NCBI GenBank assembly: GCA_035084275.1
Contig: CM068758.1
Span: 2,542,001-2,606,000, forward strand
DNA from: Hydrolagus colliei
Lineage: Eukaryota
Length of the DNA: 64,000 nt
Direction: 5' to 3'
In this document: in pieces, positions 49,221 through 61,853 of the stretch
How the letters are laid out: each line of letters starts with the position of its first letter
Position numbering within the stretch: position 1 is the stretch's first letter
Program-made: the position numbers and the translations under genes
Notes under the pieces: generated by a model
The model's database searches: none
The model's input: the letters and a program-made list of their open reading frames with translations, nothing else
Told to the model about the DNA's origin: nothing

Positions 49221-49579
49221 TCCTTTGAAGCTCTTTGAGCCATGTTGAAGACCTGATAAGCTATCACGCTGGCAAATCCTGGCTGCATTTATGTATGTCA
49301 TTTGTACATATGCGCCTAACTTTTTCACTCTGTATAACTCATCTCTTCGACACTTTTTTGCCCTTGAATCGTCACGGGTTCTCAGGAGGTGACTGCCTGA
49401 CTCGTTTCGGAGTGTAGCTCCTAGCTTACAGGAACAGTCAACCAGTCGAGTCGCATAACTTTTCACACTGAAGGGAAAAAAAAATTCCTGCATTGTTTCC
49501 GAATGGACAACTCTCACATTTCCTTTGGGAATTTTTTTTTTTTGGTCTCTACTCTTGCCACTTGTGAGATATTTAGCAG

Positions 49580-49940
49580 GCCCTTGCATTCGATCTAGAG
49601 CCTTATCACGTCGAGATTTTTCAAAGCGCTTCACAGGTTATACTGTAACGTGCAGTGACTGGGTATTTAGTGGGTGAAACACGGCAGCCAGTTCGGTTCA
49701 CCGCAGTGTCCAACAAGCAGTCGTGGGGTGAGTGGCCAATGCTTGTTGAGGGGTTTATTAGCCAGGACGATGGGAGAGAGAAAGTTTAACGTCTTATCTG
49801 AAGGATGGCACCTCCGACTACCCCCCAGCGCAGCATTGGAACGTCGGCTTAGACTGTGCGATTGCAGGCTCTGACGTGGGGTTTGAAACCGCAACCTTCT
49901 GACTCAGGAGTGACAATTGGTATCACTGCGCAGGCTGAGT
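49580..49940 (-). mobile_element. Near full-length old DeuSINE (SacSINE1/AmnSINE1-like) with a different tRNA head
   Basis: Tail; tagccaggac; gtttaacgtcttatctgaaggatggcacctccgac (Deu core); gtggggtttgaaaccgcaaccttctgactcag (B-box region). Confidence 0.75.
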
Positions 49941-50799
49941 GACCACAAAATTTACTCCCCCCGCCCCCCCACCCCCACCCATTACATCCCTCCGTCCCTC
50001 CGTCGCTGCCTCTCTCATTTTTGGCACACGATTCAGAGATTTCAATGCTTTCAAGTGGGTTTTTTTTCGTGGAGGTTAATTTTACCTCTCACTCGGCTGA
50101 TATAAATAACACGTGGCCTTTACTTACTGACCTTGATAAATACAGAAAAAAAAAATTCAGCTGAGTCGTGGAAAACAACAGTGGGAACATAAATCACTGC
50201 CTGACGGATTGTGCCTCTTTACAGGCTGCGTGATAATTCCGAATTTGTCATGAAGTGGGACATTAAAACAAACACACACACACACACAAAAACATCTCCC
50301 ACAGATGCAATCGCGAATCAGTGCCTCATTCCCTTGCTCGAATGAGGCCATTTTCTCTGACCCGAATGAGGACATTCTCCCTCCACCCAGCAACCCCCCC
50401 CCCCACCCACCACCACCCCGAGCCCCATCCTCCCTCCAATCATTTCCCCCCCACGACTTCGAGTCTGGGAAAGCATTGTAATTGCTGTCCATTTGTGTAG
50501 CAGGCAAATAGCTTAAATCACCGCATGTTCCAATTACACACATTTCCCAAGAAGAGAAGGGGGGGGGGGGGGGGGGGGGTAGTGGGGAACGCCGATTAAT
50601 TGGGCACCGTCGGCAGGAGTAGAACAAATTAAACAGAGCACAGGCCATCTGCTGGTGATTTTGCTAAATGACTATTTATGCCACAGGATAAATATTAGTG
50701 GTGGCGAGATTATTGGATGGCTAATTGACAGCAGCAGTTAAATCCTCTCCACTGTCAATCTTGCAAACTATTTTTTCGCCCTCCCTGTATCTATTTGCA

Positions 50800-51140
50800 T
50801 GGAGCTCCTGTAGCTCAGCGGTTAGAGCACTCGCTTTACAAGCATGAGATCTGTGTTTCGAATCCAGGCAGATCAGGGCGAAACCTTGGGCAGGTTTCCT
50901 TACTCCACACACACACACACACACACACACGCCTAATAATAATCGCTCCCCAAAAAAACACAATCATAAAAATTGGTCACTTCAATCCCCGACTGTTTGT
51001 GGGAACGCTGCTGTGCACAATTAGCCGCCGCGTTTCGGAATATAGAGTCGAGTAACTTTAGAGTATATTCTGTGAAGCGCTTTGAGATGTCGATAAGATG
51101 TCGATATCAAATGCAAGGATTATATTGCGATTATTATTAT
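50800..51140 (+). mobile_element. tRNA-derived SINE, full length, with (CA)n expansion
   Basis: tggagctcctgtagctcagcggttagagcactcg...; (CA)n at ~50905-50930. Confidence 0.93.
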
Positions 51141-52489
51141 CTTGCGTTGTCAATTGGCACTTCTCTAGGACAACATATTATTTCTTTGTGTTCGTGTGGA
51201 TTGACCTTTAGCAAATCAAGGCAGCAAAGAAAATGAGGCTGTGCTGAAGGAAAGTAGGTGAAAAACGCACCCGATTCGCAATATAAATCCATTCATTTAT
51301 AAGCACGACTGAATGAAACCAAAGTTTTGTCATTCGATTAGTATAATAATTTCCATGAGAGTTACATAGAGTGGCCATAAACGTTCAACTGAATGAGGCT
51401 TTAGGAAAAAGAATTGGCGTCTTTGTGGTCTTATCTCTTTGTTATCGGTATAGATTTTTCCCCCCCTCGATAAGTAATACTATTTGATGGCTATTTTTGA
51501 CCGTCTACTTAGCCGCGAAAAAAAGCATGTCCCTCTTCCCGTCTGATTCTGTCGCATATATTTTGGCAGATGAACTTGCTCTATTGTAGTCCTACCATCG
51601 AACGAATTGGCACAATTGAAAGCATCTCTAAAAAGAATATCAATAGGGGGAAATCTCTTCGGGTCGGTCTGTCTAATTAGATGAAGCTTGTGGTTTGAAA
51701 GCCTTTTGGAAAGCGAGTTGCTGCTGCTCTCGGGAATCCTACGATCAAATCAGCAATTGCGTTTCTGTGAAATTGCCAGCAATGTGGGTCCTTGCAATTT
51801 CACTTACTTTTATTAATAAACTGGATGGCGTCTGAGATTGCCAAACATTACCAGGGGGGAAATGAGAAAAATGTATTTAAAAAAATATATATATATATGT
51901 ATATATCATAAATGTAATGCTTGTGTGACGCTGAATGAATGAGAAGTAAAATTGAATGTAACAAAACTACAAAAGGCCATATAAAGCTCTCCATTTCTGC
52001 ATCCTCACCTTATGAGAACAGTGGAAACTGGCTCCCAATCTTGCCTGAGGGGGCAAAGCTAATAGTCTTGTCTTATCTCGGGACTGTGAAAGGTCACTGG
52101 TAAATTGAATTCACAGCATAAAACCGCTCTGTGTTCGGTTGATCTGAGCGCCAATGGGGTTGAACGTGTGGGAAACGGAGATTGGAAATGTCGCCTGATA
52201 CTGCCAAGCATGAGTTGTTCCGAAACTAGCCTTGGGGCTGTTGAGGTAAGGCAGAGTAAGACAGTGGAAAGAGTAACTGCACTGTACAGTACTATAGCTG
52301 ACACCACAATACATCCTGGTCAAGATTTGGTCTGTGTTGTCACTGAGTGTAAAACGGCCATATGTTTTGTTTTCTTTCAGTTCACTTCAGCTGTAGAGAC
52401 CTGTAACCCCTGGCTGTGCTTGTCAGCCTCACACCTCACAAGGACTGCTCAGCCTTTATAACCCTGCAGCTCAAATAAGCGGTGAATCT

Positions 52490-52700
52490 CTTTGAAGGGA
52501 ATTTCTCTTGCTGTCCTGGCCAACAATCAATCTCGTTCACACACCCACCCACCCCAGATGAAACTCATCATTCATTTTGTGCCTGTTGACAGGACTTGCT
52601 ATTTGTAAATAGTTTGCTTGTAAAATACCCAGTCACCACACGTTCCAGTAAAGCTTTTGAAGCGCTATGAGGCATTTCAAATGCAATGATTCTTATTAGA
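52490..52700 (+). mobile_element. Old DeuSINE fragment
   Basis: tgtcctggccaacaatc...gggacttgct-like body...gaagcgctatgaggcatttcaaatgcaa. Confidence 0.6.
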
Positions 52701-52876
52701 TCAAAGATTATTACGATTCAACAGTGAAATGGGTTAATCTGTCAGTGCCTCAGGATAAGGAGAAGAATGAGAGCCTGCATGCGGAATAAATCTGGGATTT
52801 AATAGTAATTGTTATCAGCAACAATGAACTTCATCTGGGGAACACAATGCTTGTTTTTAATTGAGAATCCATGTGA

Positions 52877-53141
52877 ATCATAATAATAATAATCCTCGCA
52901 TTTGATATGGCGCCTTATCACGTCTTCTAGACGTCTCAAAGCGCTCCACAGAGTACACTGTAAAGTGAACTGACTGTATATAAGTGGGCGAAACGCAGCA
53001 GCCAATTGCGTGGATTGAAATGACCAATTTATTATTGTTTTTTGTTGAGGGATTTGTATCAGGCGTGTGCAGTAAGGAAACTTGCCCCAAATTTGACCCC
53101 TGCCTGGAATTGAACCCAAGTCTCTCGCTTGTAAGGTGAGT
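52877..53141 (-). mobile_element. tRNA-derived SINE, 5'-truncated, internal deletion
   Basis: Tail to tctctcgcttgtaaggtgag. Confidence 0.88.
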
Positions 53142-53599
53142 TTAGTTTGGGATGTTATATGTAGATTAGAGTTCGAACAGCCAGGTGTTAAGCTCTCCGA
53201 AACGCCATCCGGCGTGAGGGGCGCAAAATAAATACAATTCAATAATATTTTTTGTTGTTTTTGTTGTTGCCTGTTCCAGCTTCGGATAATAAAAACCAGA
53301 ACCAAGACCCACCAGCAGTGATGTATTCCACAACACTGAACTTCAAACGAGTTCCAATTCGAACAAAAGTTGGGCCGCAGAGGACACACACTGGCTGCTC
53401 CGGGTAAGTGCAGCCTTAAGCTTGATTCACAGAAACACAGCTCAGCACCAATCAACCTACATCGGACACTTGGCTTCGAAGATCCAGGTGCCCATGTGGA
53501 GGTGGGAGTCAGGCTGCACAGTTGCGGACATCGCCAGCAAACACGTGGCACTTCTTCAAAGTAAAGACACACAAGGAGGAAACATCAAAAACATGATTT

Positions 53600-53719
53600 T
53601 CTCCGCAAAATATACAGTCAATTCACTTCACAGTACTCTGTGAAACGCTGCGAGGCGTCTAGAAGACGTGATGAGGCGCCATATCAAATGCAGGGATTAT
53701 TATTTATTATTATTATTAT
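53600..53719 (+). mobile_element. SINE tail fragment
   Basis: aaatatacagtcaattcacttcacagta...gcgtctagaagacgtga...gattattatt. Confidence 0.85.
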
Positions 53720-54734
53720 CAACGAGGACTCTTTTGTAAAAGGGAGATTGTAATTCGGGTTAGTCAGTCCTGACTGTTTGGGTGTTTAATGTATTGATAT
53801 TAAATCAATGTTTGGAGACAACTGATAACAAACACACACACACACACACAGTCATAAAACATTTACGCCAAGTGCTTTGAGACGTCCTCCCAAAGTGAAA
53901 GACGGCATATCAAATACAAGGATTGTCATTATTATCCATCTCCTGAGATTTGCAGTATCGGGGAGCTGACCCCCTTCCCCCGAATGAACACACCAACAAA
54001 GTAAAAGACTCGATAGACCGGCACAAAACAAAAATAAAGCGTCCTTAGCTAGTGTGCCTTTGAGTTGAACTGAATCGCGGGGAACGAATGAGGAGACAAT
54101 CCAGCATTCATTAATCGTGCCTCTATTTCCCCAGCAGCAATGGATAGATTAAGTTACATTGATGCTTTCAGTCGCAGGCCCATAGAGTAGGAATTCAGCC
54201 CAAGCGCAGAGCATCCTGCACTGATTGATGTTTGCAGCCCTCCACGGTCATTTCATACTCCAAACAATACTAATGGGAGAGATTCAGCGCACGAGCAGTC
54301 TTAACGCTCACTGTTAATATTGGTTTTTGGTGCACATGTGGCTCTGCGTGAGAGCATGTGTTTGTTGATACTCCTTGACAAGGGTGGATCCATCTATGTG
54401 ATATCTAGATGCACACTTATATGAACTCCAGGGTACTTCATCTTATAACTCACTGTGTTTGCGTGCCAACTGTGACTGCTGCGTGACCACACAATCCCAA
54501 ACCTTGGCCCAATTTTTTTTTAACCGTTCAGGTCGATCAGGTTAAAAAATGACAGGGTGGAAAAGAAAACATCTGCAGTTGATAGGATTCCAGCTGCAAG
54601 ATCAATTTCAATTTCCCCCCAAGGGGAACTTGGATTTCGAAAGGATCTCGGTCGCCTTCCAACAAGAGAGGGGTTCGAGAAAGAGCAAACAAGAGCGATT
54701 CCCAATTTGGAGTTCTACCTTTCATGACAGAATG

Positions 54735-55063
54735 TGGAGCTCCTGTAGCTCAGTGGTTAGAGCACTCGCCCTACAAGCGTGAGACCTGTGTTTCGAATCC
54801 AGGCAGGTCAGCGTGAAACCTTGGGCAAGTTTCCTTACTCCACACACGCGCCTAATAATAATAATACCTCCAAAAAAACCTGGAATAAATTGGTCACTTC
54901 AATCCATGACTGTTTGTGGGGGACTCCGCTGTGCGCAATTGGCTGCCGCGTTTCGCCCACTAATATACAGTCAATTCACTTTACAGTATATTCTCTGAAG
55001 CGCTTTGAGACGTCTAGAAGACGTGAAAAGCGCTGTATCAAATGCAAGGATTATTATTATTAT
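54735..55063 (+). mobile_element. tRNA-derived SINE, full length, closest to consensus
   Basis: tggagctcctgtagctcagtggttagagcactcgccctacaagcgtgagacc...agcgctttgagacgtctagaagacgtgaaaagcgctgtatcaaatgcaaggattattattatt. Confidence 0.96.
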
Positions 55064-55704
55064 AGAAGTATAGATGACAAAAAGTGGATATGAATCCAAA
55101 TAAATGTGTATTCTGGAAGGATGAGATCAACTGGGCCAAAAACATGTTCCAAACCTCTCTCACGATCTTGTGGAAACCTGCCACGGTTAAGTACTGCCAT
55201 TGCTTAACGTACAAAAGAAAACATATCTGCCAATGGTGACTTGATGTAAGCCGATAGCAAACGTAAGCCATGAGTCAAAGTCACCTTTCACTTGCTGTGG
55301 AATGACTACCAAAAGTCATAAGATGAGCTTGCGTGCGAATATGCGTGTCGATATTACACTCATTAGTCCAGATGACTCATAATTGCCTTGAAACTCAATT
55401 GGGGCATAATTAACCCAGTGAAACACCTCATTTGAATGAGGAGGCAGTGCACAAACGCTTTATAAAAACACTAGAGAACGCCAGCAGCCGCATGGACCAA
55501 AGGCATAAACAAAATGGCTCGAGGCGGGAGAGGAAACAAAACCACGAGCACTATTTGTCACCTATCAAATCCCGGGTCAAGTTCGCATCGAACCACACAC
55601 ACACGCTTGCCACAAAAACACGTAGGTGGTACCGCCGAGCAGACGTGTAGCCTTTCCTGTGACTTTAGCCTCCAAGGTCTACCACAAGTCGATCAATATG
55701 TGAT

Positions 55705-56210
55705 TATTGGTCATTTCAATCCACGAATGTGCGTGGGGCACTGCTGTGCGCAATTGGCTGCCACGTCTTGCCCACCTAAAATGCAGTCAATTCACTTTAC
55801 GGTATACACGGTAGTAATAATAATAATAATCCTTGCATTTGATATAGCGCTTTTCACATCTTATCAAAGTCTCAAAGCGCTTCACAGAATAATATACTGT
55901 ACTGTAAAGTGAATTGACTGTATATTTGTGGCAGCCAATTATGCACAGTAGTGTCCCTACAAACAGTCGTGGATTGAAGTGACCAATTTTTATTATTGTG
56001 GTTTTTTTTGGACAGTTTATTATTACATGTGTGGAGTAAGGAAACTTGCCCAAGGTTTCGCCCTGATCTGACTGGATTTGAACACAGGTCTCACGCTTGT
56101 AAGGCGAGTGCTCTAACCACTGAGCTACAGGAGCTCCACAAAATGTATTTACAAAATAGAGAGCTTTGAGATGTCTTGAAGATGTCTGTATCAAATGCAA
56201 GGATTATTAG
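55705..56210 (+). mobile_element. Plus-strand SINE 3' half split by the minus-strand copy at 55813-56138
   Basis: Body up to ...cactttacggtatac (55810) resumes as gctttgagatgtcttgaagatgt...caaatgcaaggattatt (56160-56210). Confidence 0.75.
55813..56138 (-). mobile_element. tRNA-derived SINE, full length
   Basis: aataataatccttgcatttgatatagcgc...aaccactgagctacaggagctcca. Confidence 0.95.
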
Positions 56211-56571
56211 TCAAGCATTAATCAGGTTTGGCAGCCAAACACACAAGTGTTTGAATCCAGAGACACAAATCCCGAATAGACCCTGACAAATGCTTCAGAA
56301 GTCAAACGTGTTTCTTTCGGTGTTGACACCACTCATCTTCTTTAAAGCCATTTTTTTTCTTGCTTCAATGGTTTTAGATTTTGTCTCATCCCATTAAGTT
56401 ATGGCTGTCAACTTAAAATTCAGCTCTCGCTTACGGTGGCGTAGAATAAAACTGAATCAAAACTGTGCATCAGATCAAGGCAAGCCTTGCGAATTTACAT
56501 CATCTGCAATAGTTTCAAGCGAAGACTTGGAATCAAAAAGAAACTGATAGCTGCTTGTCATTCCACTGCGC

Positions 56572-56752
56572 AGCCCTGTAGCTCAGTGGTTAGAGCACTT
56601 GCCTTGTAAGCGAGAGACCCGGGTTCGATTCCAGGCAGGTCAGTGCAAAACCTTGGGCAAGTTTCCTGACTCCAAATGCCTGATAATAATCCCTAAAAAA
56701 AAGAAGCAATAATAAATTGGTCGTTTCAATCCACGGCAGTTTGTGGGGACAC
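56572..56752 (+). mobile_element. SINE 5' half (tRNA head with TGT anticodon loop), 3'-truncated
   Basis: ccctgtagctcagtggttagagcacttgccttgtaagcgagagacccgggttcgattcc. Confidence 0.9.
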
Positions 56753-57827
56753 TGAGATGTTTGTTTATATCTTTCTGATTAGCTTGGGAAGAGTTAAACT
56801 CTCCCACACCCCCCCCCCCCAAAAAAGTGTCAGTTTTCAATGACAGACAGCTCTTTGCAAGTGTCGGAGCACTCTGTTTTGTTTCATACCACTCTTCCCC
56901 AATCTCAGGCAAATAGGTCAGTGATTACAGAGCAGGTGCGAAAATGAATCATATCCCGACAGCTTTCAAACAGCATGAGATTGTTTGGAAATTATGTTGC
57001 TGCAAATTGCACACAGAAGAGCTCGTGGGGGGCAGGGAGGAGGAGAGAGAGAAAAAAAATAACATTTGGACTTGCCTTTTATTGCATCCCACAAAGTCTC
57101 CATTGTAAAAAGGCTGAAGTGCTTGACTTGGATATATCGAGTGAAGTAGCTGGCACTGTGTTCTGTTACCAATAAATCCGTAATGTGACATGATAGCACT
57201 GCGCGCACACAGACATCCACTTTGTTCAATTTTTTGCGAAGATCCAATTGATTCATCCAGCTCATCATGCCCAGATGGCTCTCAAAAGATCCTGTGCTTG
57301 AGACCAAATAAACAGTGCAGCTTGGGCGGTTTGACAAAGAAAAAGGAAAAGCAAATACTAAACTTAGAGGAGACTTCTCTCTGCCCAGAATGTCTCTAAA
57401 ACTCCCCCTCTACCTCCCACCCACCAGTCCTCCCGTCCCCCCCCCTACCCACCTCCCCTTTAACTCACTCGTTCGTTGAACTTCCGCCAATGTACGCTTG
57501 TTCTCTGTTCTTCGATCAATCACCAAAATCAGCGAAAGGATTTGTTTTGCTTTGGTTTTGTTCAGCTGGGTGTCTGACGCACGCAAACTCTAAAGAGCAT
57601 CCAAATCGGACTGAGGGTTCCACATCAGGTGATATTATTAACTGTGGATATTAACTCCCGTGTCCGGAACTGAATGTGCACTCTCTCTCCCCCCCCCTTT
57701 GGAGGGACTTACTGTGCTTAACCTAATTCTGGGGAGTCTAAGGCGCAGGCTGGCAAGAAGCAAGGCTTCAGGGAACCTCTGTTTGTGGGGTATCTGCTGG
57801 AGTTTCACCAGAGCTGTCTCTCTCCCC

Positions 57828-57944
57828 CTGGAGGGACGCATTCCAGTTTACCTGATTCCAGAAAGCATTAGGCACTGGTTGCCAAGAGCCAAGGCTTGGG
57901 GGAAATCCCAGACTGAGTATGCGTTGGGGGTCTAACCAGCTAAA
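57828..57944 (+). repeat. Unassigned dispersed repeat, copy 1 (copy 2 at 61854-61965)
   Basis: ctggagggacgcattcc..ttacctgattccagaaagcattaggcactggttgccaag...tgcgttggggg..aaccagctaaa. Confidence 0.75.
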
Positions 57945-57952
57945 GCTGCATC

Positions 57953-58023
57953 CCGAGCCCTGACTGTTCAGCGCCTTGGGACGTCGTCCCGACACGAAAG
58001 TAATATCATGTTGTTGTTGTTGT
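57953..58023 (+). mobile_element. L2 tail fragment
   Basis: ccctgactgttcagcgccttgggacgtcgtcccgac...gttgttgttg; shares ccctgactgtt with 14568-14578. Confidence 0.82.
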
Positions 58024-58981
58024 CGTGTTGTATAGCAGGCCAGTGAAAATACTGCCTGGCATGATTCTCACTACTTATCCATCTTGGATCACCCCAACCC
58101 ATTGGGCCTTTGGCTTGCGGGGTTAACAGAAGTCAAGTGAGAAGCACACCCTCCCTTAGTGGGGGGGGGGGGGGGGTTTGCGGGGTGGGGTGGGGGGGCG
58201 GGGGGGCGATGTAGGAGCGAGTTAGGAATCTCACGCACCAAATCCAAAACCTCTCGTGTGTTTTTTGTTTTGTTCAGCCCATTACAGAGCATTTCGCTGA
58301 ATATTCAACAGAACAATTGGAGTGCGGTGCCAATGTTGTCCTTTCGCTATTAGGAGCCACAACACTGTTGCCTAATGCGTTTCTGTTGAGGAGAGTGCCG
58401 TTCAGATTGATTGTCCCATCTGCGGCTCGATGGTTCACCACAAGCACATCAAATGAGACCAAAAAGGATAATTTGACACAGCTTTCAACGAGAAATCCAT
58501 TAGTCCGGGTTACAGACTCCCATCCTGCAGAAAGGCTTGATTGCGCCAACGCAAGGAGTGGAATGACTCACCTCTTAATATTGCACTGTGCGTCTGCCGA
58601 GGGGAAACTCGCTCGTATATTCTTACAGTGGGGAAATACTGTAGGCTTGGGAGCACTCCATTAAACGTAAATTTTGAGCTGTTTCTTTATGCCTGCAGAC
58701 AGCAACAGACAGTTCAGGTGAATCAACAATTTAGAACTGTGAGCGTCTGGGCTGCTCAATGCGCGAGTTGCGCATTCGAAGGCGATTGCCGCGAATACGC
58801 ACGTAAAAAAGTGCGGCGGAGGTTAAAGTGACCGTATATTCGTTGGCAAAAACGACAGCCGATTGGTACAGAGCGATGCCGCAAAGCGAATGATCGATTT
58901 TAAATCAGGAAGGTTGCCGGCCTGCACATCGGGAATAAGTAAAGAGGCTTTGCCTTTCAACGAGTGCCACCGGCGGGATCT

Positions 58982-59268
58982 TTGACGTCTCAAAGCGCTT
59001 CACAGAATACATTGTCAAGTGAATCGACTGTTTATTTGTGGGAGAAACATGCAAACAATTGCGCACAGTGGTGTCCCCACGAACAGTTGTGAAAAATGAC
59101 CGATTTATCGAGGGATTATTATCAGGCATGCGTGTGTGTGTGTGTGTGTGTGTGGAGTAAGGAAACTTGCCCAAGGTTTCGCCCTGACCTGCCTGGAATC
59201 GAACCCAGGTCTCTTGCTTTGCAAGGCGAGTTGCTCTAAGTCTAAACCATCCTGCTACAGGACTCCGC
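58982..59268 (-). mobile_element. tRNA-derived SINE lacking the extreme tail, with (CA)n expansion
   Basis: gacgtctcaaagcgcttcac...(tg)n ggagtaaggaaacttgcccaagg...gctacaggactcc. Confidence 0.9.
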
Positions 59269-61084
59269 AGTATAATATACCTGTCACAGCCAATGATGGG
59301 AAATGCTACTGGACAGATTTAATCATTAGCGCTTCCCAAAGAGAAGTAACTGGAGTTAGTGCAAATCGTGTGTGTGTGTATGATATCTCCTGTTGGAAAA
59401 GCCACACATATAACATGTCAACACAGCAAACCTGACAGCGAAACCACTGTGAAATAATATCATTGGAATTTGAATTATTCAAACCGGAGAAATGCTGCTG
59501 TTACAGCCCTCACATCATGCCAGACTACACAGTGTGAGGCTGTACAGATCACACACAAAACTCTGCTGCCAATTATAAAGAGATATATTCATGCCTTTTG
59601 TTCAGTGTGGAGAAGATAATTTCTTGCTTTCTCCATTATCTGCAGGGTTCCTACTTATCATCACTATCTTACAGACTTCACAGCAATGTCACAAATAGCA
59701 AGTAAAGCTTGACAATAGTCACGCTGAGAATTAGCCTGCTATCTCTTTGGAGTCTATAGAATTCAATTGCTGAACTCGCTTCAATCGTGTCGTTCTTTCT
59801 TTCCCAATTCCCCCCCCACCCCCATCCCCTCACACCTCCCCTCCCCACCCGTCCCTCCCTCACTCTCTCTCTCTCCCTTTCTGATTTACATGCACTTGTG
59901 TTATCCTTTTAACCCCCCAAAAAAAGGTCGCAAACAGATTCCGCGACAATAAAGACACACTGACCTCTGGTTTGGCTGCTACTGGTGGCATTCAATTGGC
60001 AAGGGTTTATTTCTTTTTTCCTGCTATTTTCGAACGCAGCTTCCTGCGATCGGGTTGCAAACTGCAGATTTTACCGCAACACGACAGCAAGCCAACAACA
60101 ATATCAACAATCTGCATTTATATAGGCCCCCCGCCCACCCCTCCCACCACCACACCGCCCACCACGCAGGATAGCGTCCCAGAGCGCTCGATCGTTCGCA
60201 GAATTGCAGACCGACTGACAAAAGATTTGTGATTGGGAGCTCGTGTTGACAGCTAACCTTTAAATACCTTTAGATGGGCATTTGGGATGAATCTGATTCT
60301 TCAACCCCCAGCCCCCCCCCCTCCCCAAACCCCCTCCAGCCTGCACAATGACTGCAATATCGTGTGAAATCTGCATATACAGTATATACATATATCTATA
60401 TATATATATATATAAATTATTTTCTTTGCCAGAGTGCTGAGCAGGGATGCCATGGTTACGGAGCGAGTAATATGGAGATTATTACGTTACGCATTAACCC
60501 CCACCCCTTGCATTTCTGGGAGGTTGGTAACAAAAAAATAACGATTCTCTTTATTTCACTGGTAAAATATGCCAAATGTAGACCTGGACTTGTCAGATGT
60601 CTGATGACCAATTAGTGACTGTCCTCCTTGCCTTATTTAATGTGCTTTACAGTACAGTATATATCGCTATATGAAAAGGCTCTATATCAAATGCTAGGGT
60701 TAGTATTAGTATTATCATGCAATATCAGAATCTGGGCTTCTTTTCTGCGTGCTCTCGGTACAACGACGACAACAACTTGCACTTTTGTAGGGATGGATTG
60801 TGAAGTGAGGTGGTTAGAGGGGGAGGGAGGGAGGGAGGGAGGTGCCAGGGAGCGACTAGATTTGAACACAAGTCTGATTGCTAAGCCAGGCTTGTTCGCA
60901 GTCAGTACTGTTGTTGATAGACCACTCAGTTTTATTTTGGACTCGGATGGGCTGCCAATTGGGGCTGCAAGCCCAAACCCTGACAGATAGGGAAGGCTGG
61001 AGCTAGGTGTTCAATCAAATGGCAAAATGTCCATTTGATGACTGATACAGTGACTCATTGTACTTGGGAGACTTTTGCACTGTT

Positions 61085-61300
61085 CGAAAAAAGTTTCTCC
61101 TGCTGTCCCTCGGTTAAAATTGGTCATTCACTTGATGGCTGTTTGTAGGACATTTACAAATTGGCTGCTGCGAACTGGCTGCATTATTGTATTATGAAAT
61201 ACAACAGTCACTCCACACGACAGTAAATTCTACAAAGTGCTTTGAGACAGCCTTCGGATGCAAGGCGTATTATTGTGATTGTTATTGTCATTATTGTATG
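61085..61300 (+). mobile_element. Old DeuSINE fragment
   Basis: ggctgtttgtaggacatttacaaattggctgctgcg...acaacagtcactccac...aagtgctttgagac. Confidence 0.65.
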
Positions 61301-61853
61301 ATTTGACCATGTTGTCTCATTAGTAAAGCCTCTGAAAATGGAACATTTGTCAGCGAATGCGTTCATTTTAAGGTGACTTAATAGTCAGAGACAATCGAAC
61401 ATTGGCACTCATGCAATTTTATGCTGTAAGATGTCGTTAGTGATTTATAAATATTATACCGCTAAGTGTTGCTACACATAATAAAGACACCTAATGGTAT
61501 ACTGAAGTGGAAAGATTAAAGGCAATGTGAGCTGTTGCTAATAAGCCTTATGGAATGAGTTGGAGACGAGTAAATTGGTCATAATTCACTGTAGGCATTC
61601 AAAATTGAAGCACTTAGATCTTAAGCACTATTTGATCTTAACACAATAAGATTTACAGGTTAGTTGGAAGTGCATTCAACAGGGAATGGCTTGGAGTATT
61701 TGAAAGTTTCATCCCAATTTTGTTCTAAAATAATTCAATCAACCTCACACACCTGGAATCTCATCACCAGGTTAAGTAGCATCCAAATCAAACCCGCTAA
61801 GAGTTCCACCAAGCATGGAAATGACCGATTGTTTGGAACGAAGCAGTCTTTCG

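Noticed and set aside
52799-53572. Longest ORF (257 aa, minus strand)
   Set aside because: The C-terminal third is SINE read-through (QLAAAFRP..YSQFTLQ) and the rest resembles no protein family I know
54779-55093. Recurrent peptide motifs (LGKFPYST, AIGCRVSPT, SIHFTVYSVKRFETS) in many ORFs, suggesting a gene family
   Set aside because: They are translations of the non-coding SINE consensus, with frameshifts and stops varying between copies
56572-56645. Possible functional tRNA gene
   Set aside because: Acceptor and T stems are mismatched and the sequence continues into the SINE body; it is a SINE head
60446-60461. RFX X-box-like GATGCCATGGTTAC
   Set aside because: Imperfect match in both half-sites; not supportable without conservation data
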